The notes beneath the pieces are model-generated. The model saw nothing but the letters and a program-made list of their open reading frames with translations, did no database searches and had not been told where the DNA came from. Below are positions 44,554-56,918 of a DNA stretch of 64,000 bases, piece after piece. This DNA is from Folioceros fuciformis. Lineage: Eukaryota. The position numbers and the translations under genes were made by a program. The stretch covers positions 20,776-84,775 of the forward strand of contig JBNGIO010005876.1 of NCBI GenBank assembly GCA_049999805.1, given 5' to 3'. Within the stretch, counting starts at the first letter, position 1. Each line of letters starts with the position of its first letter.

Positions 44554-46230
44554 CTAGGTCACAAACACGAAATCTCTGTCCAAAGCCCAACCAGTGAATG
44601 GTACGGCTGAAACAATCTGCTTCCCCTCCAGCACAGGCAACTCATCCTTATTGGGGCTCTTGTCTCGCCAAACGAACTCGTTCTCATGCTCAACCTTCCT
44701 GAGCAGCTCTGAAAGAGTGCTCACTTCTAGTCTAAAAATTGGCCTCCAATACTCATCCCCTGGCAGGCTCCAGAAGGTATCGACAGTCAGAAAGGGGACA
44801 ATATTCCTCCGGTTTCATAAGAGATGATGTCTGGGTTATGCGGCTCACCTGGACACTTCACGTATTGGACTTGGGTCACCGCATGTTGTAATATAGCGAC
44901 AGCAATACCAAGACGTTCTTGTTTCATGTAATGCTCTGCGCAGTATCTTCGACTTCGCGCCTCATGAAGGGAATGACAAATTCCTATATATTTCTGCGAT
45001 GTCACCTCACAATGCTCAGCTGTCGGGCGTTTATGAGGTACGCAACCTCAATCCACGGAGGTCCACGGTAAACAGGGTCCAAAATCCCTAGAGTACTTAC
45101 CCTGAGCTTGTCAGAGACATCATTCCAATCTCCTAGGCTTGTTCGGAGAAGTTCACTGGCTTCTTCGAGAAATTGCACCACTCCATAGTGCAGTTTTGCA
45201 AGGAGGGCACCACCTGTGGACATATCTTCTGCCTTTCGGACAGTCACAGCCTACGGACAGGAACTCAATTGTAGGTTAACAACACAGAAAAGCCTTCCAC
45301 GCAAATAACAGCAACATCAAGAGGAAAACCAAACCCACCTGCGCTTCAGCCAAGCAAACTAAGCGCAAGACACATGCCATCGAAGCTGTGCATTCAGGAG
45401 GACGTTCCGATGGAAGAAGCTGCTGCAAAGGTGGCAGGACATTCTGTGCGAGATACTGATAGACTCCTGCAGCAGTCCTGAACAAAGTGGCTGCTTCAAC
45501 GAGATCTGTGCAGTTGAAAAAGCAACGATCATTGTAAACAGAACTCTAGACAAAACACACAATAAGTGTGAAGGATACTCACAACCTTACCTGTGGATAA
45601 TAGCTCTAAACCCCGTTCCCTCAGAAACGCGCCATAAAGAAACAGCATCATGCAAAGTTCGTATCGGAGGTCATTCACTCGAAAGTACTTGGCTTTTCCA
45701 AAGGCACTGCCACTGGAGCCACTTAGCACACTTGTCCATCTTATCTTGAGGTCCGTTGTCCACTGTTGGATTCTGGCATTCTCCGGTTCAGCACTCACAC
45801 GCTTGATCAAGTTTTCAAGAAGAGGCAGATATGACTTCAGCTTCTGGATATCCTGCACAAGGAGCACCAGGTTAGGTCTCATACGCTGAAAACAGTGGAG
45901 GATCATCATTTGGAAGAAATTTCAAAAGAACCTGCAGAACAGGAGAAGTAACTCCGCCAGCCATTTCACGTGCAATAGCTGGAGTGAGTTGACTTTTCCC
46001 ATTGATTGACAGAGCAATAGCTTTTCGTCTGGTGCTCAGCTCCTTCAATTGCTCCAGTGTGCCGGAATCTCGTGCGTAGTATGTGTCCTCGTACACCACC
46101 TAGACAAGAGGCAGAGCATCAGGTTGTTGCTTCCACGAGGATCGTGAGAGGTGCAATAATCACCGGCTTGGCAATAGGTTGAAACCTCTTTTGTCTTCAC
46201 TTTCCCTAAGTTCCGAAAATGCAGGAGCAT
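44554..46230 (-). CDS. BRO1-like domain (endosomal targeting) protein, multi-exon
   Basis: Spliced fragments ARDSGTLEQLKELS..YLPLLENL..IRWTSVL..LRYELCMMLFLYG..AAGVY..RPPEC..CLAEAQAVT..LLAKLHYG..ENEFVW..LPVLEGKQIV. Confidence 0.88.
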
Positions 46231-48560
46231 CCTTCCGTCAGCACAATGTCCTTCTTCTTCTCCCAATAGCAATCTTGCCAAGAATCATCCTTCACCTTTG
46301 AATAACTCCTGATACCAACACTGTTCATCAAAACAAGGTCGCTGTCCCTGGCGACCAAAAGCTTGTTAGAAGGTGGCAGATAGAACTGCAAAAACCCTCA
46401 CTCTCTCCCTCACTTTCATTCCTCTGAGCTAAACACCCCGATTCCCAGAATACAACACCAGCTATCGCACAGATCGTCGTTGCCTAATAGCCAGTGAGAC
46501 CACCTCCAAAACCGAAACTAGAAAATCGTCCATCAACAGGTGATCACAGAGCTGAGAACGAAAAGGTTCAGAAGAATTGCGCACCACCACTACAAATCAG
46601 CTGTCTCTGCCACCCCTTGCTCTTCCCCCACAATCAAAAAACACACTTCGCCACAATTGCTTCGCTGCCAATGAAGAGGTCCCTGAAGCTGCCGATGCAC
46701 TGGTCACACCTTGCATCAAGCAGGAAGACAGCGAATTCTCGCTCCTTGGTTTCACCTCCAGGTTCAATCCTCGTTTTGTCCAGACCTCACAAAATCAGGC
46801 GGAAACAATTCAAAGGAAATGCACCACGCCTCGAAAAATTGCGCTGGAGGAGCCGGCGAGCGATGGATTCGCTGCACTTTCGGTCCGCTACATCGACGTG
46901 GAAGCAATCGGTCTCGTTTGCTGGAGCTTCATCCGCAGGGCGGAGGCAACCGGCGGGAAGCTGCGCAGCCAGTTACGCCAGACAGTTTAGCCAGGTTGCT
47001 GCCTTCATTGTAAAGAGCCTACGCAGTCGTCAGCCGCGTAAAGGCGAGATCTGTTTGGCGAAACTGCTCGACGTCGGCAGCTAGAGCAACGAACGGTGGA
47101 CTGGTATCCTATGCAAGAGGGCGCTTCCCTTGAAAGCGGGGAGACGTGTGGCCTGTTTGTCGGTTCTTCGCCCCCAAGCTACGGATGGCCGTTATTAGCC
47201 AACTAGAGCCATGGAATGCAGCAACTAACGACCACGGACTGCGAATCGTACCAAGTCAACTCTCCCTAGCGGCAGCAATTTTTTTTTCTCCCACTTACGC
47301 CAAAATAATTTATTAGACCTCCAAAATGGAGGTAGATAATCACAATTACCTACCCGGCTGGCGGGTAGAGCGTAGCGGTGGCGTAGGGAAGTTGTGCCGA
47401 CACCATCGTCCACCTGTGCTCCTGTTGGCTTCAAGCATCCGGCATCGAGGACGCTGCTTTTTCCCTCTCGCCATCCCGTCTCCTCACCTCGGACCTGCAC
47501 CTCGGATGAACCGTCCTTCCGCGTTCTCCGTCTCCCATCCATTCAGTGGGATTCAGGAGTTGGAGCCTCTTTGGCCTTGTTCGTCTGGCCCTTACGGTAC
47601 AGATTGCACCCTGGAGGATGTCGTGCAGTGCTGGCGTGCCAGCGAAGGAGTCCGCTTTGTCCGCCTTGGCTAGGGTTGAAGAAATAAGAGCCCCGCGGGC
47701 ATGGAGAAGGGTGATCTCCAGATTGCCACTGGTAAGCAGATCTGGAGCCCATCCTTGAAGTGGAAACCTGATAAGGAACCGGTGTCCTTTTCTGGACGTT
47801 CTCCTCGTTGTCGGATAGGTAGGTGTCAGATCCCAGCGCGCGCTGGCGTAGTGTCGGAGACACGGATGCGCGTCTATCCTCCGCACCTACGTTTTTGTGC
47901 ACACTTCCGCTGGACTCCCGAATTCGTCTTTGCGTCTGGATCGCTCAATGAGGGAGATCGGTGGTTAGAAACCTCGGGAAGTGCGTTCTGGTGTTGTTCC
48001 CGATTCAGTAGATTGCGCCTTGATGGCTGGCATTCCATGGCTGCCGGACATCCGCCACACTTGGAACAGCCTACGAAGATTCTCTGCCTGAACATGATGT
48101 ATGAGGGCTGACTGCCAACCTAGAAGCGCAAGCATTACTACTTAGGTGTATGTCGAAAATGGAGATCACGAGAAATACGAGGCCCCCGCTGCCTACTTAA
48201 ACCTAAGAAGGGAAAGTTGAACTCCGGACACCGCTGAGCATCCTGGTGGAATGACACGGCGTAGTGCACGGTGGAGGGGCGAAGAATGGGTGTAGAGGCA
48301 AAAGCAGCGGTAGAGATGCTGGAAGGAAACGGATTAGCCAGCGGGGATTCTCATTGGGGTCAGACTTGTGAAATTAGTCAGAGAACGCTGATGCGCTTGT
48401 GACGGATGAAGTCCAGCCATGGCGAAATAGCAACTGACCTGGTTTGTGGGGAGATCCGGAAGTCGAGCTGTTGGAATACAGCGTCCAAGTTGGACTGCTT
48501 CTGCCAGCTGTACGTACAAAGACATTTCTCCTTGCAAGCATACGCAGCGGCCAAGCGGAA

Positions 48561-50228
48561 ATGGAGATCGTCTCCGCGGCGGAGGAGTCGGCGTCCTTCT
48601 GCTATCGGTTGATAACGCCCTGGGCCAATTACGCTTGGATGTATAATGTGCTCATGGCGGCCCCAGCCGTGCTGCTCTTCTTTTTTTTGGTTGCCAACGC
48701 TCGGGCCAGCGTGAGGAAGCTTGCGCAGAGTCAATCACACATCATGGCCACCTACTACTGCTTTTTATGGGTGATTTGCTTGCTCAACATTTGCTGGTGT
48801 CTGGTGGAGGTACATCGACTAAAGCCCTGTCAGCTGACGAATGCCGTCTGCCCCAAGAATCTGGATGCATTTGCTGAAGGGATTCTGGTACGGAAATTTA
48901 GGTGTCTGGTTCCTTGAGGCCCTCTCTGACTGTAGGCTGTTGAATTGTCAGGTTGGGCAAACCGGTGCCGGTGAAAGGGCAACAACATGGAACGTGGTTG
49001 CGTTGGTGACGCGCAGTGGCATGTTACTGCTGGAAATTAGCGTCATTGTGTTCCTGAGCCAAGGGTATCTGGTCAGTGGTTGGGATGCTCTTCTACGGAC
49101 GCTCCTGTTCTCTGGCCTCTTCGCTGCCGCAGACGTCATTATTAAGGTTTTTACCCTTGCCCACCAGTGTGGTATTTGGAAACAAACTGTGCCAAGCCTT
49201 CTGGTCACACTTGTTAGCTGTTTGATTTGCCTGGTTCATGTGAGGATGCAATCAATGACTAGACAAGTAGTGTTGACGAATGCAACACCCACTTTCTGCT
49301 GAAAGATTCATGCCCTATCTTTCATCTGCAGAGATCTGTTGGAGAACCTTTCTTACGTGCTTGTGCAGGCGATATACATTTTTGGGATAGGTGTTCCTCT
49401 GTTCATATTCAAGGACGATAGTGGAGACTGGCGAAAATGGGGCTTCTGGCTTGTACATTCTGCCTTTTTCTCGGGCCTGTACTTGTTAATTCTTATACTT
49501 CCGCATACGAAATGGAAGGAACGGCTGCCTGGTAAGATATGGGTACTGACAGCTTGGTGCGACATGACGAGAGGCACCAGTCTCCGGCTTGCTACGGAAC
49601 TTCTGGTAGAGAATTTCAGATGTCTAACTACCTTCGTAACCTTGGATGTGAGCAGCACGTCCATCGTTTTATCGATATGTCTTCCTTCTGTTTCTGCTGA
49701 ACTTTATGACGGCCTTTGGCAGCTCCCTACTTGGCTTCAAAGCTACATTCGGCTACTGGTACGTGGATAACATCCCTTGATAGCTATATCCAAGATTTTT
49801 TTTTTGTCTTTTTTTTCACACCAAATTGGCGGCTGTTTGACAGTAGCTTCTGAACAGGTGCCTGCTGTCTAATAGATATTGGCCTTTGGTAGAAGAGGGC
49901 GAGTTTTGAGGATGTAGATGTGGGTCTTTGATGTGTTGTCACTGGTTTGGCATTGTACAGTGTTTATGGTGTAACGAGTTTTTGTTACTACGCGATTTAT
50001 CCACCTCTCCTCTATGTCACATTCCTGTCCGATTTTTTCCAGGTACAGTTATGGAATACCTTTCACGCACCATGTTTTTGTTGATTTGATATGCTCTGGG
50101 TGCGAGCCAGATCGATTTCACGCTGCAAGTGATTTGATTCTATGGAGCAGGAAGAGCACATGCAAGCGGAGGATGTGTACTATTCTGAGATGAAAGACGC
50201 TGGCTACTTCGACACTGAATGGGATTGA
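48561..50228 (+). CDS. CAND2: CAND2/PMTR1-like multi-pass membrane protein (TPRA1 family), 6 exons
   Basis: SHIMATYYCFLW, GMLLLEISVIVFL.QG, WKERLPARPSFY, YPPLLYVTFLSDFFQEE..YYSEMKDAGYFDTEWD*. Confidence 0.88.
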
Positions 50229-51042
50229 TCCAATAGCCATCTTAATGTTCAGCCGATGGTAAACAGCTTGATAACATCCTGTGTCAAAAGATGCACATTA
50301 GCAAGCAAAGCCTGCATCATGAAAGCGTCCAAAGGCAATGAGTTGTTGTCAGAGACATGTAATCCGGCGGTTGCGGATGACATAGGTTTCACTGACACAA
50401 AGGGCCGGTCTCTTGGATGTACATAGGATTGTATTTTAAGCATTCTAGGAGCTCAAAATCAGTCTCCCGAAACCACCCACCGCTAGTGAGAACCGGTGGA
50501 AGTGGGCATCAGATCTAGAATAGTTTCACGGAGCTGCACGCATTTTCATGTATGTTTTGGAGAATAGTGGCAACGTGCCTAGTGCCCATGGATGGAATCT
50601 CGAAGCGGAGGCAGGGAGGCAGGTCTTTGAGCCAACCCATCCCCTGGACACAACTCCAGAAACCCATTGATCCTAAACCCTCAGTAGAACTGAATATCAT
50701 GATGAGTAAGTTATAACTACTCATCTTGCCATTCTGTACAGATATCACAATTCTTTATCATCCTTTGGTTAGTATCCTATCTAATTTCTCGTTCGAACTT
50801 GGTGCTGAATTTCCAAGTATGCGGCATCACTGGCTATCATGGGCCTGTCCAGTTAGCGAGATTGTTTTCACACTTTTAGTGATGCTGTGAGCCCGTGTGT
50901 GGGCGTGAATGTGATCGGATCCCATTTGAATTGTATGTCACCACAATCGGATTAGGTTGGAACCTCACAATGCCACGGTTCGTATTTCCTTTTGGAACAC
51001 CATCTATGCCATCACCGTGGCCCTGCAGCTGGTAAGTTTGTT

Positions 51043-51650
51043 CTAGGCATATTCAGCTGGATTAGCTACCAGGCGTGCTTCGAGAACCTTCAGAAGTTGC
51101 GCATAGCCGTTTATGTGTTCCACGGGGGGAGGTTGCTCGCCTATTGGCTCGTACTCAATAACGTAATGAACGATGGAGTTGGAAGGGACCTGAGCAGGCT
51201 GAATCTGTGTCGTCACCTTGTACTGACTGTACAGGGACAGCGCCTCTCCCTCCACAACATGATAGCTTGCAGTGAGCTTTTCGTCATCCACTTCATCAAT
51301 CACGTCCTTCGTGGCCGTGAGCTTGATCGTTGATGCTATCTCTGCATGGATATCGCGCACCCGGTCACATTCCAATATCCTCACACACTCCTCGATTCAC
51401 TGAGCATCACCGCACATGATTCGGCAACGTAGGATGACAATCCAGGGTGGTAGATGAGTAACTCACCTGTGGCAGGGGCGAACTTGATAAGTCTGATGCT
51501 CCCAGGGCCTCCGTCACCTTCAATCCAAGTGACGCTTTCGACCACTCCAGGCAGAAGGACGGGCAAGAGTTTCGGGAAATCCCGAAGAGCATTCCACAGG
51601 CGCGCTGCCGTGACAGTAACCTCCACATCCAGGATCTCGGTCTTGGTCAT
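51043..51650 (-). CDS. PR-10/Bet v 1-like protein; exons 51650-51467 and 51341-51043
   Basis: Gly-rich loop IEGDGGPGSI, C-terminal EARLVANPAEYA, and a single phase-1 intron in codon 62 as is typical of PR-10 genes. Confidence 0.92.
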
Positions 51651-53362
51651 CTTGGCAGTAGGGGACAATCACGAAGAGAACAAACGGTTTCTGGAAACAC
51701 TTGGCACGGGTGAGGTCTGAGGTCGTCAAGCCTGGACAGTCGCGACGAACCAAAACGAATGCAAGATAAGGAGCATTGAGTACCACGTAGCTTTGAAGTG
51801 CCGAAGCTGCACTCTAGGCACCTGCGTTGCCAGCCAGATCGAGCGTCACTCCGACTGCTGGCTTTGGGTTCTGCCTTTCCTCAATTTTATTCTGCAGCTC
51901 TCTCTCTTGCATGCACTGTACAGAGCTGCCAGTGATCAGCAGACGTGCGGTGAGGCCACGGGGGCGGAGAATTTTAGTAATGAAGGCCCCAACCTGCAGA
52001 ATGTAGGGGTGGATGGAGTTAGATGCCTTCGCACAACAAGTCACTCCCCACAGTCGTCAATCAGCCTTCTTTCCTATGTCAAGTTCCAGGGTGTACCTTC
52101 TGAAATCCTTCGGAAGCAGTCTCAATTTGGCTTGCGCTGTTGATTGCAACAGTCAGATACTGCTTCTTTCAGGCTATCCGATGCGATGTTCGACGGACCG
52201 TGTTCCTTCTGAAACTCGTTGGGGGATGTCTACATTCCGATAGCACTGTTGAGAGCAATAGTCGTGCCATAGTAGCACTTTGGCTTATCCGCTCAGTACC
52301 TCGACAAACAGGAGAACTAGACTTCTCAAGCTGCTTCAAACCTGGCCAGCGGAAGCGGGGCTGCAAGAACCTAGACTGTGCAGAAGTAGAAATTCCCGGC
52401 GACGAGCTCCTCCGGAGCCAGCACATGCCGGCAGAGGGTCCCAGGCGACCGGGGGCTCCGCATCCGCCTGTAGGATAGCACGCGAGTAGGCGTTCTACAT
52501 CAGATTCTCCACACCGCGCCGCAAAGCCTGCAGCGGCTCAGCCCTTCCGACCGCATCAGCACAGGCAAGTGAATGAAAATCTCTGCACTCGCCACATCTT
52601 TGTGTTAGGAAAAAATGTCGTAGAGGATTTGCAGACGTGAAATCTGGCGGCCCCGACTGCCAGCTTCTGGATGGCGGGATGCGCACGCACATGCGGGGGA
52701 AGGACCTCCTGCACCGCCGTCTCGGTCATGGTGCGGAGCAGGCGGAATGCAGGCGCCGTTGTACCGCCTCACGTGGGAGTACAAGTCCGCGTCCCGGCCG
52801 CAGCTTTCGACGTCCTCTCACCTGGTCAGACACGCGCGTACGCATCCATAGTGGCCTAGCATCAGGAATTCGAGCACCCGAGAGCTCACGGCCCCGGCGG
52901 GCATGACGCCGATGTAGTAGTACCCGATGACGACGAAGGGCTCCAACAGTCCTGCACCGCTCCGGGACGAAACGTGAAACGCCTCCGGCCGCCGCTTTGT
53001 ACAGAGCAATCGAGACAATGGAGAATCCCTCTGCTTGTCACAAGCTCTGGCACACACCTAAAAGTCTTTGCCTACGAGCTCATGAATTTCAAGAGCAAAT
53101 ATATTATTAAAAAAACAAGCCCACGGGCCCAACTAGGGCCCGCGGGGTATGGAGACACCGCCGCAAATCCAGTAGCCGAAGGGTCTGCAGAGCTCGGGCT
53201 TCCGGAGACCCTTCAGATCGCTGTCAACATCAGTGAAATCCAAGACAGGAGAGATCGTGTTCAGCAAGCACGCATTTCGGCAGTTCCTTGAGCCGTGCTT
53301 TAGAACGCCTTGCGATGGAGTTTGCTTGGACTGTTAGCACGGCGGTCACAGAAGCTCATGGC

Positions 53363-53731
53363 TCAAGAAGGAGAAGCTTGTTGGCTTTCCAATAGGCGAG
53401 TGATCCAGTCCGCGACCACGTCCCCATGGCAGGCCAGGGGCTTGCAGTAGCAGGCCAGCTTGAGCTCAGGGTTTCCAGGTTGCGCCAGATGCACCAGCTG
53501 CATCAGGTGCTCGAACTGCGGGTTGGTGCGGCCAGCAAGCCCCTCGCTTACCAGCTGCCCCAGCCAGCTCCTGTACTTGGCCACAACGTCCTGCCTGTCC
53601 CCGTCCACCCCGATCTTGAAAGGGTTGCCCAGCGGAGATCCCGCCAGATTGAACTTGGGGTTCCGCCTCCCGATGTAAACCACGCCTTCGCCTCTCCACC
53701 CCTCCTTGTACCCGTTCACTGCTCGCACCAT
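53363..53731 (-). CDS. Intronless DUF4326-like protein (122 aa)
   Basis: Motifs VYIGR, SPLGNPF, DR..VVAKYRSWL and LACYCKPLACHGDV match the DUF4326 pattern as I recall it. Confidence 0.85.
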   Translation of the reverse strand: MVRAVNGYKEGWRGEGVVYIGRRNPKFNLAGSPLGNPFKIGVDGDRQDVVAKYRSWLGQLVSEGLAGRTNPQFEHLMQLVHLAQPGNPELKLACYCKPLACHGDVVADWITRLLESQQASPS

Positions 53732-54220
53732 AGCCGCGGCCCGCGCACCACTGCAGCTGGTATGCGTGTGTTGAGAACCTGAGGCAGTGCACGGGAGGGT
53801 GAAAGGGCTGCGAAGTCATGGTCTGCATGTGCATCTCACACCAGCGTAGGAGCTACGGCACATCCAAGCCGACTTACCAAACTGCCCGGAGCCTTCCTGC
53901 TCTCAGTCACAGAGATCTTATCCGAGCCCAGATATTTGCAGACTGTGCCATTTGCCTCAAAAGCAGACACTTCACTGTTGAGTTTGCATTTTGCGCCGGG
54001 CAGGAGGAAGGGTCGCAGGGTCTGGAGGGCCTGGAATCCGTACTGGGCCCTGACAGACTGTAGTGCGGAGATGGAAGGCTGTTGCTGGGCCTGAATGCAG
54101 CTGCCGGTGTTGCTGGGAGCAGGATGCGGGCTAGGGTAGCCGGAGTGCGGTGACTGTGCAGCCGGGCGGCGAAGGAAATACAAGCAGAAGTTCCGCATGC
54201 CGGGGTGCGGAGGGAGAGCA

Positions 54221-56288
54221 ATGGCTCAGGCTCTGGGGCTGAAGCCGTCCGTGATGGTGCCGTCGGGGCACCCGCTGTCGTCGCTCTCCGCCACCAACTG
54301 CGCCAGGCCGCTGCAACAGCGCTGCGCGCACCTGGCGCACGGCCTCAGATTGTGCTCAGCTACGGCCTCNNNNNNNNNNNNNNNNNNNNNNNNNNNNNNN
54401 NNNNNNNNNNNNNNNNNNNNNNNNNNNNNNNNNNNNNNNNNNNNNNNNNNNNNNNNNNNNNNNNNNNNNCTGAGGGAAGTGGAACTGGAGAGTGGTGCTG
54501 ATTCCGACGGGTCAGAGGAGAAGCCTGGAGCCTGGAAGTGGGCCATCCGGAAGAAGATTTGGGACTTGCTGGAGGCCGAGAACTTGGCCCAAAGCCCGCG
54601 GCCTGTGCACCATCGGATTCCGAATTTCGTGGGTGCGAATGTGGCAGCTACCAAGGTGCTGCTCCTGTCAATGTCTGTGCTTTTGGGTTTTGGTGGATTT
54701 TCTTCCATTGTCTGGACGGTGCGGTGCTGAATCTTCTGTGCATCCTCAACATTGTGGAACTGTCCTAGGTGGCAAGTCTGCCAGAATTTGTGGCTGCCAA
54801 GACTGTGAAAGTGAATCCGGATACTCCCCAGAAATTGGTGCGACGCTTGGTCTTGGCTGGTGAGAGCCTTAAGCGTTTTGAGTGAAGAGTATCGGATTTG
54901 CCTCCGCAAATGGCCTGAAGGATCCCGGCTTGAGCATGGGTGCAGAGGGCAAGAAGATGATAACTCCACAGCCTCGGCTTCGGACAGGCTTCTTTTCGTT
55001 GTTGGATCCTGCCGTTCTGTCTTCCGAAGCGATTAGGGAGTGTGTCACCTCAGCAGCGGTAGCCAAGCACGGGAAGCCCCTCACTGTCAAGGCGGACTTG
55101 AAGGTGGATCTGCTTGTTATCGGGTCTGTGGCTGTGGATCCTGCAACTGGTGCCCGTCTCGGGAAAGGAGAGGTAGAGGATGCAGCATGCGTTTCCTGGC
55201 TTGTGATTGTTTAGTGTGCCTTCACGTCAACTCTCCATTCAGCTCCTTTGGGCAATCTGCGATAGGGTTTTGCAGAGTTGGAGTATGGTCTGCTGCGCTA
55301 CATGGGTGCAATCGATGACTCCACTCTAATCGTCACGTCAGGTAGTCTACTTACTCTTCTTCGGTTGTTGGAAGGATGCACCCTCACGAGTCTCTCTCGG
55401 TATGATCTGCTACTGATTGTGCCCCTGATGAGAGGGATGTGCGTTGTCAGTGCATGATAAGCAGCTGGTGGACAACATACCAGTGGAAAAGCTTCTTGTA
55501 CATGACGTCCCGGTGGACATCATCTGCACTCCTACCCAAGTCATCCGCACCAACACAACTATTCCGAAACCTACAGGTAACTCCATGCCATCTGGAATCA
55601 GCTGTAGAATGACTGCTGTTTCTGGCTTCTGTGAGGGACTGGAGCAAGGGAGCTGAGGACAGGAATGGCCTTCGGGGGGCACACAGGTATCTACTGGGAC
55701 AAACTGTCTCCAGAGAAGCTGAGCCAGATCAAAGTACTCAGGGACTTAAAGAGGCAGATCGAAGCTGAAACAGGGAAAAAGCTACCCACAGGGCCGAGTG
55801 AAACACTACCTCCAGTGGCCAAAAGGGTTCCTATTGGCAAGGCTCGAGAACTCCCTCTCAAAGAGAAGCTCGTGCTCTGGTATCTGGATCCCAAGGTAAC
55901 ATGGTTTGATGTGAAGCAGCACGTAGAAAAGGTGGGAGGAGTCGTAGACAGCGTGACCATGTTCGGGGCAAGGACTGGGACACCAAAGCAAGCCGCTCGG
56001 GTGACTCTGAAAGCAGGAGGGACTGCTCCGGTAGAAAAGCTGGCCGAATCTCTCCGGGCCTCGGTTCTGAAAGGCTCCCATGTCAGGGCCAGAGTTCTCC
56101 TACCCAAGGACGGTGCTTCAGAATCGGTGGCGGACATCATAGATGAACAGGAGACAACAGTGCTGTGTACAGCCTCAAACACGGCGGGCGGGCCAGCATC
56201 CCGCGACTCCGAGTCTGAGCCTTCTCCAACAGAAGTAGCTGTTATCGCTACCGCCCAACATGTACGAATGCCCCACTGCCGTCCTTGA
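54221..56288 (+). CDS. COG0212: COG0212 / MTHFSD-like 5-formyl-THF cyclo-ligase paralog with a long C-terminal extension; exon 1 contains a 100-N gap (54370-54469)
   Basis: [79 protein letters not shown]. Exons 54221-54655, 54769-54859, 54946-55172, 55266-55341, 55451-55575, 55687 onward. Confidence 0.9.
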
Positions 56289-56363
56289 CTCCCCGGCCAG
56301 ATTAGTGAAGCGGGCCCTCGCGACAGGTCGTGGTAAAGTGTTGGTTCTAACGCTCTCATGCAG

Positions 56364-56918
56364 AGTGCACAGACTCGTCGACAGGCTCTCTGTTCTCTCT
56401 GCCTTGGAGCTCTCTCTCTGGCTGCTGATTCCCGCCAAGAAGCCCAGGCCCTCTTGGACAACACCCCTGGCTGCCGAAACTGTGGTGGCTCCGGTGCCGT
56501 TCTCTGTAAGTACTGCGTCCTTCATCCTCTCTGCATGTAACCTTGAAGGTAGTGCCGTCCCTCCAACTACATCGTCTGAACCCGCGATCTCGTGCTTCTG
56601 GCCAGGCGACATGTGTGGAGGGACTGGCAAGTGGAAGGCCCTCAACAGGAAGCGAGCCAAGGACATCTACGAGTTCACCGAATGCCCTAACTGCTACGGT
56701 ATATTCCTTCCTGATTCGAATCTCTGGAACGTGCTCTTGTTGCCGGCCAATCGTAGCCAACACCGTGCACTGATTTCCTCCTCGCAGGACGCGGCAAGCT
56801 CGTCTGCCCGGTCTGCCTCGGCACGGGCGTGTTCAATAACAAGGGGCTGCTTCGCAGACCCGAGGCCAAGGAGCTCCTGGACAAAATGTACCATGGTAGG
56901 TTGCTGCCGAGCAGCTAG
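56364..56918 (+). CDS. PSA2: PSA2/EDA3-like DnaJ-type zinc-finger thylakoid protein; exons 56364-56505, 56606-56698, 56788-56918; no separate first exon visible
   Basis: TRR..AQA lumenal-type signal, then [65 protein letters not shown]. Confidence 0.9.

Noticed and set aside
46494-48111. ORFs between the BRO1-like and CAND2-like genes
   Set aside because: No recognisable domain; explained by a divergent promoter/UTR region.
53289-53299. TTGAGCCGTGC resembling the miR171 5' end (also a TTCATTCCCC miR166-like stretch near 38600)
   Set aside because: Only 10-11 nt match, and I saw no hairpin partner.
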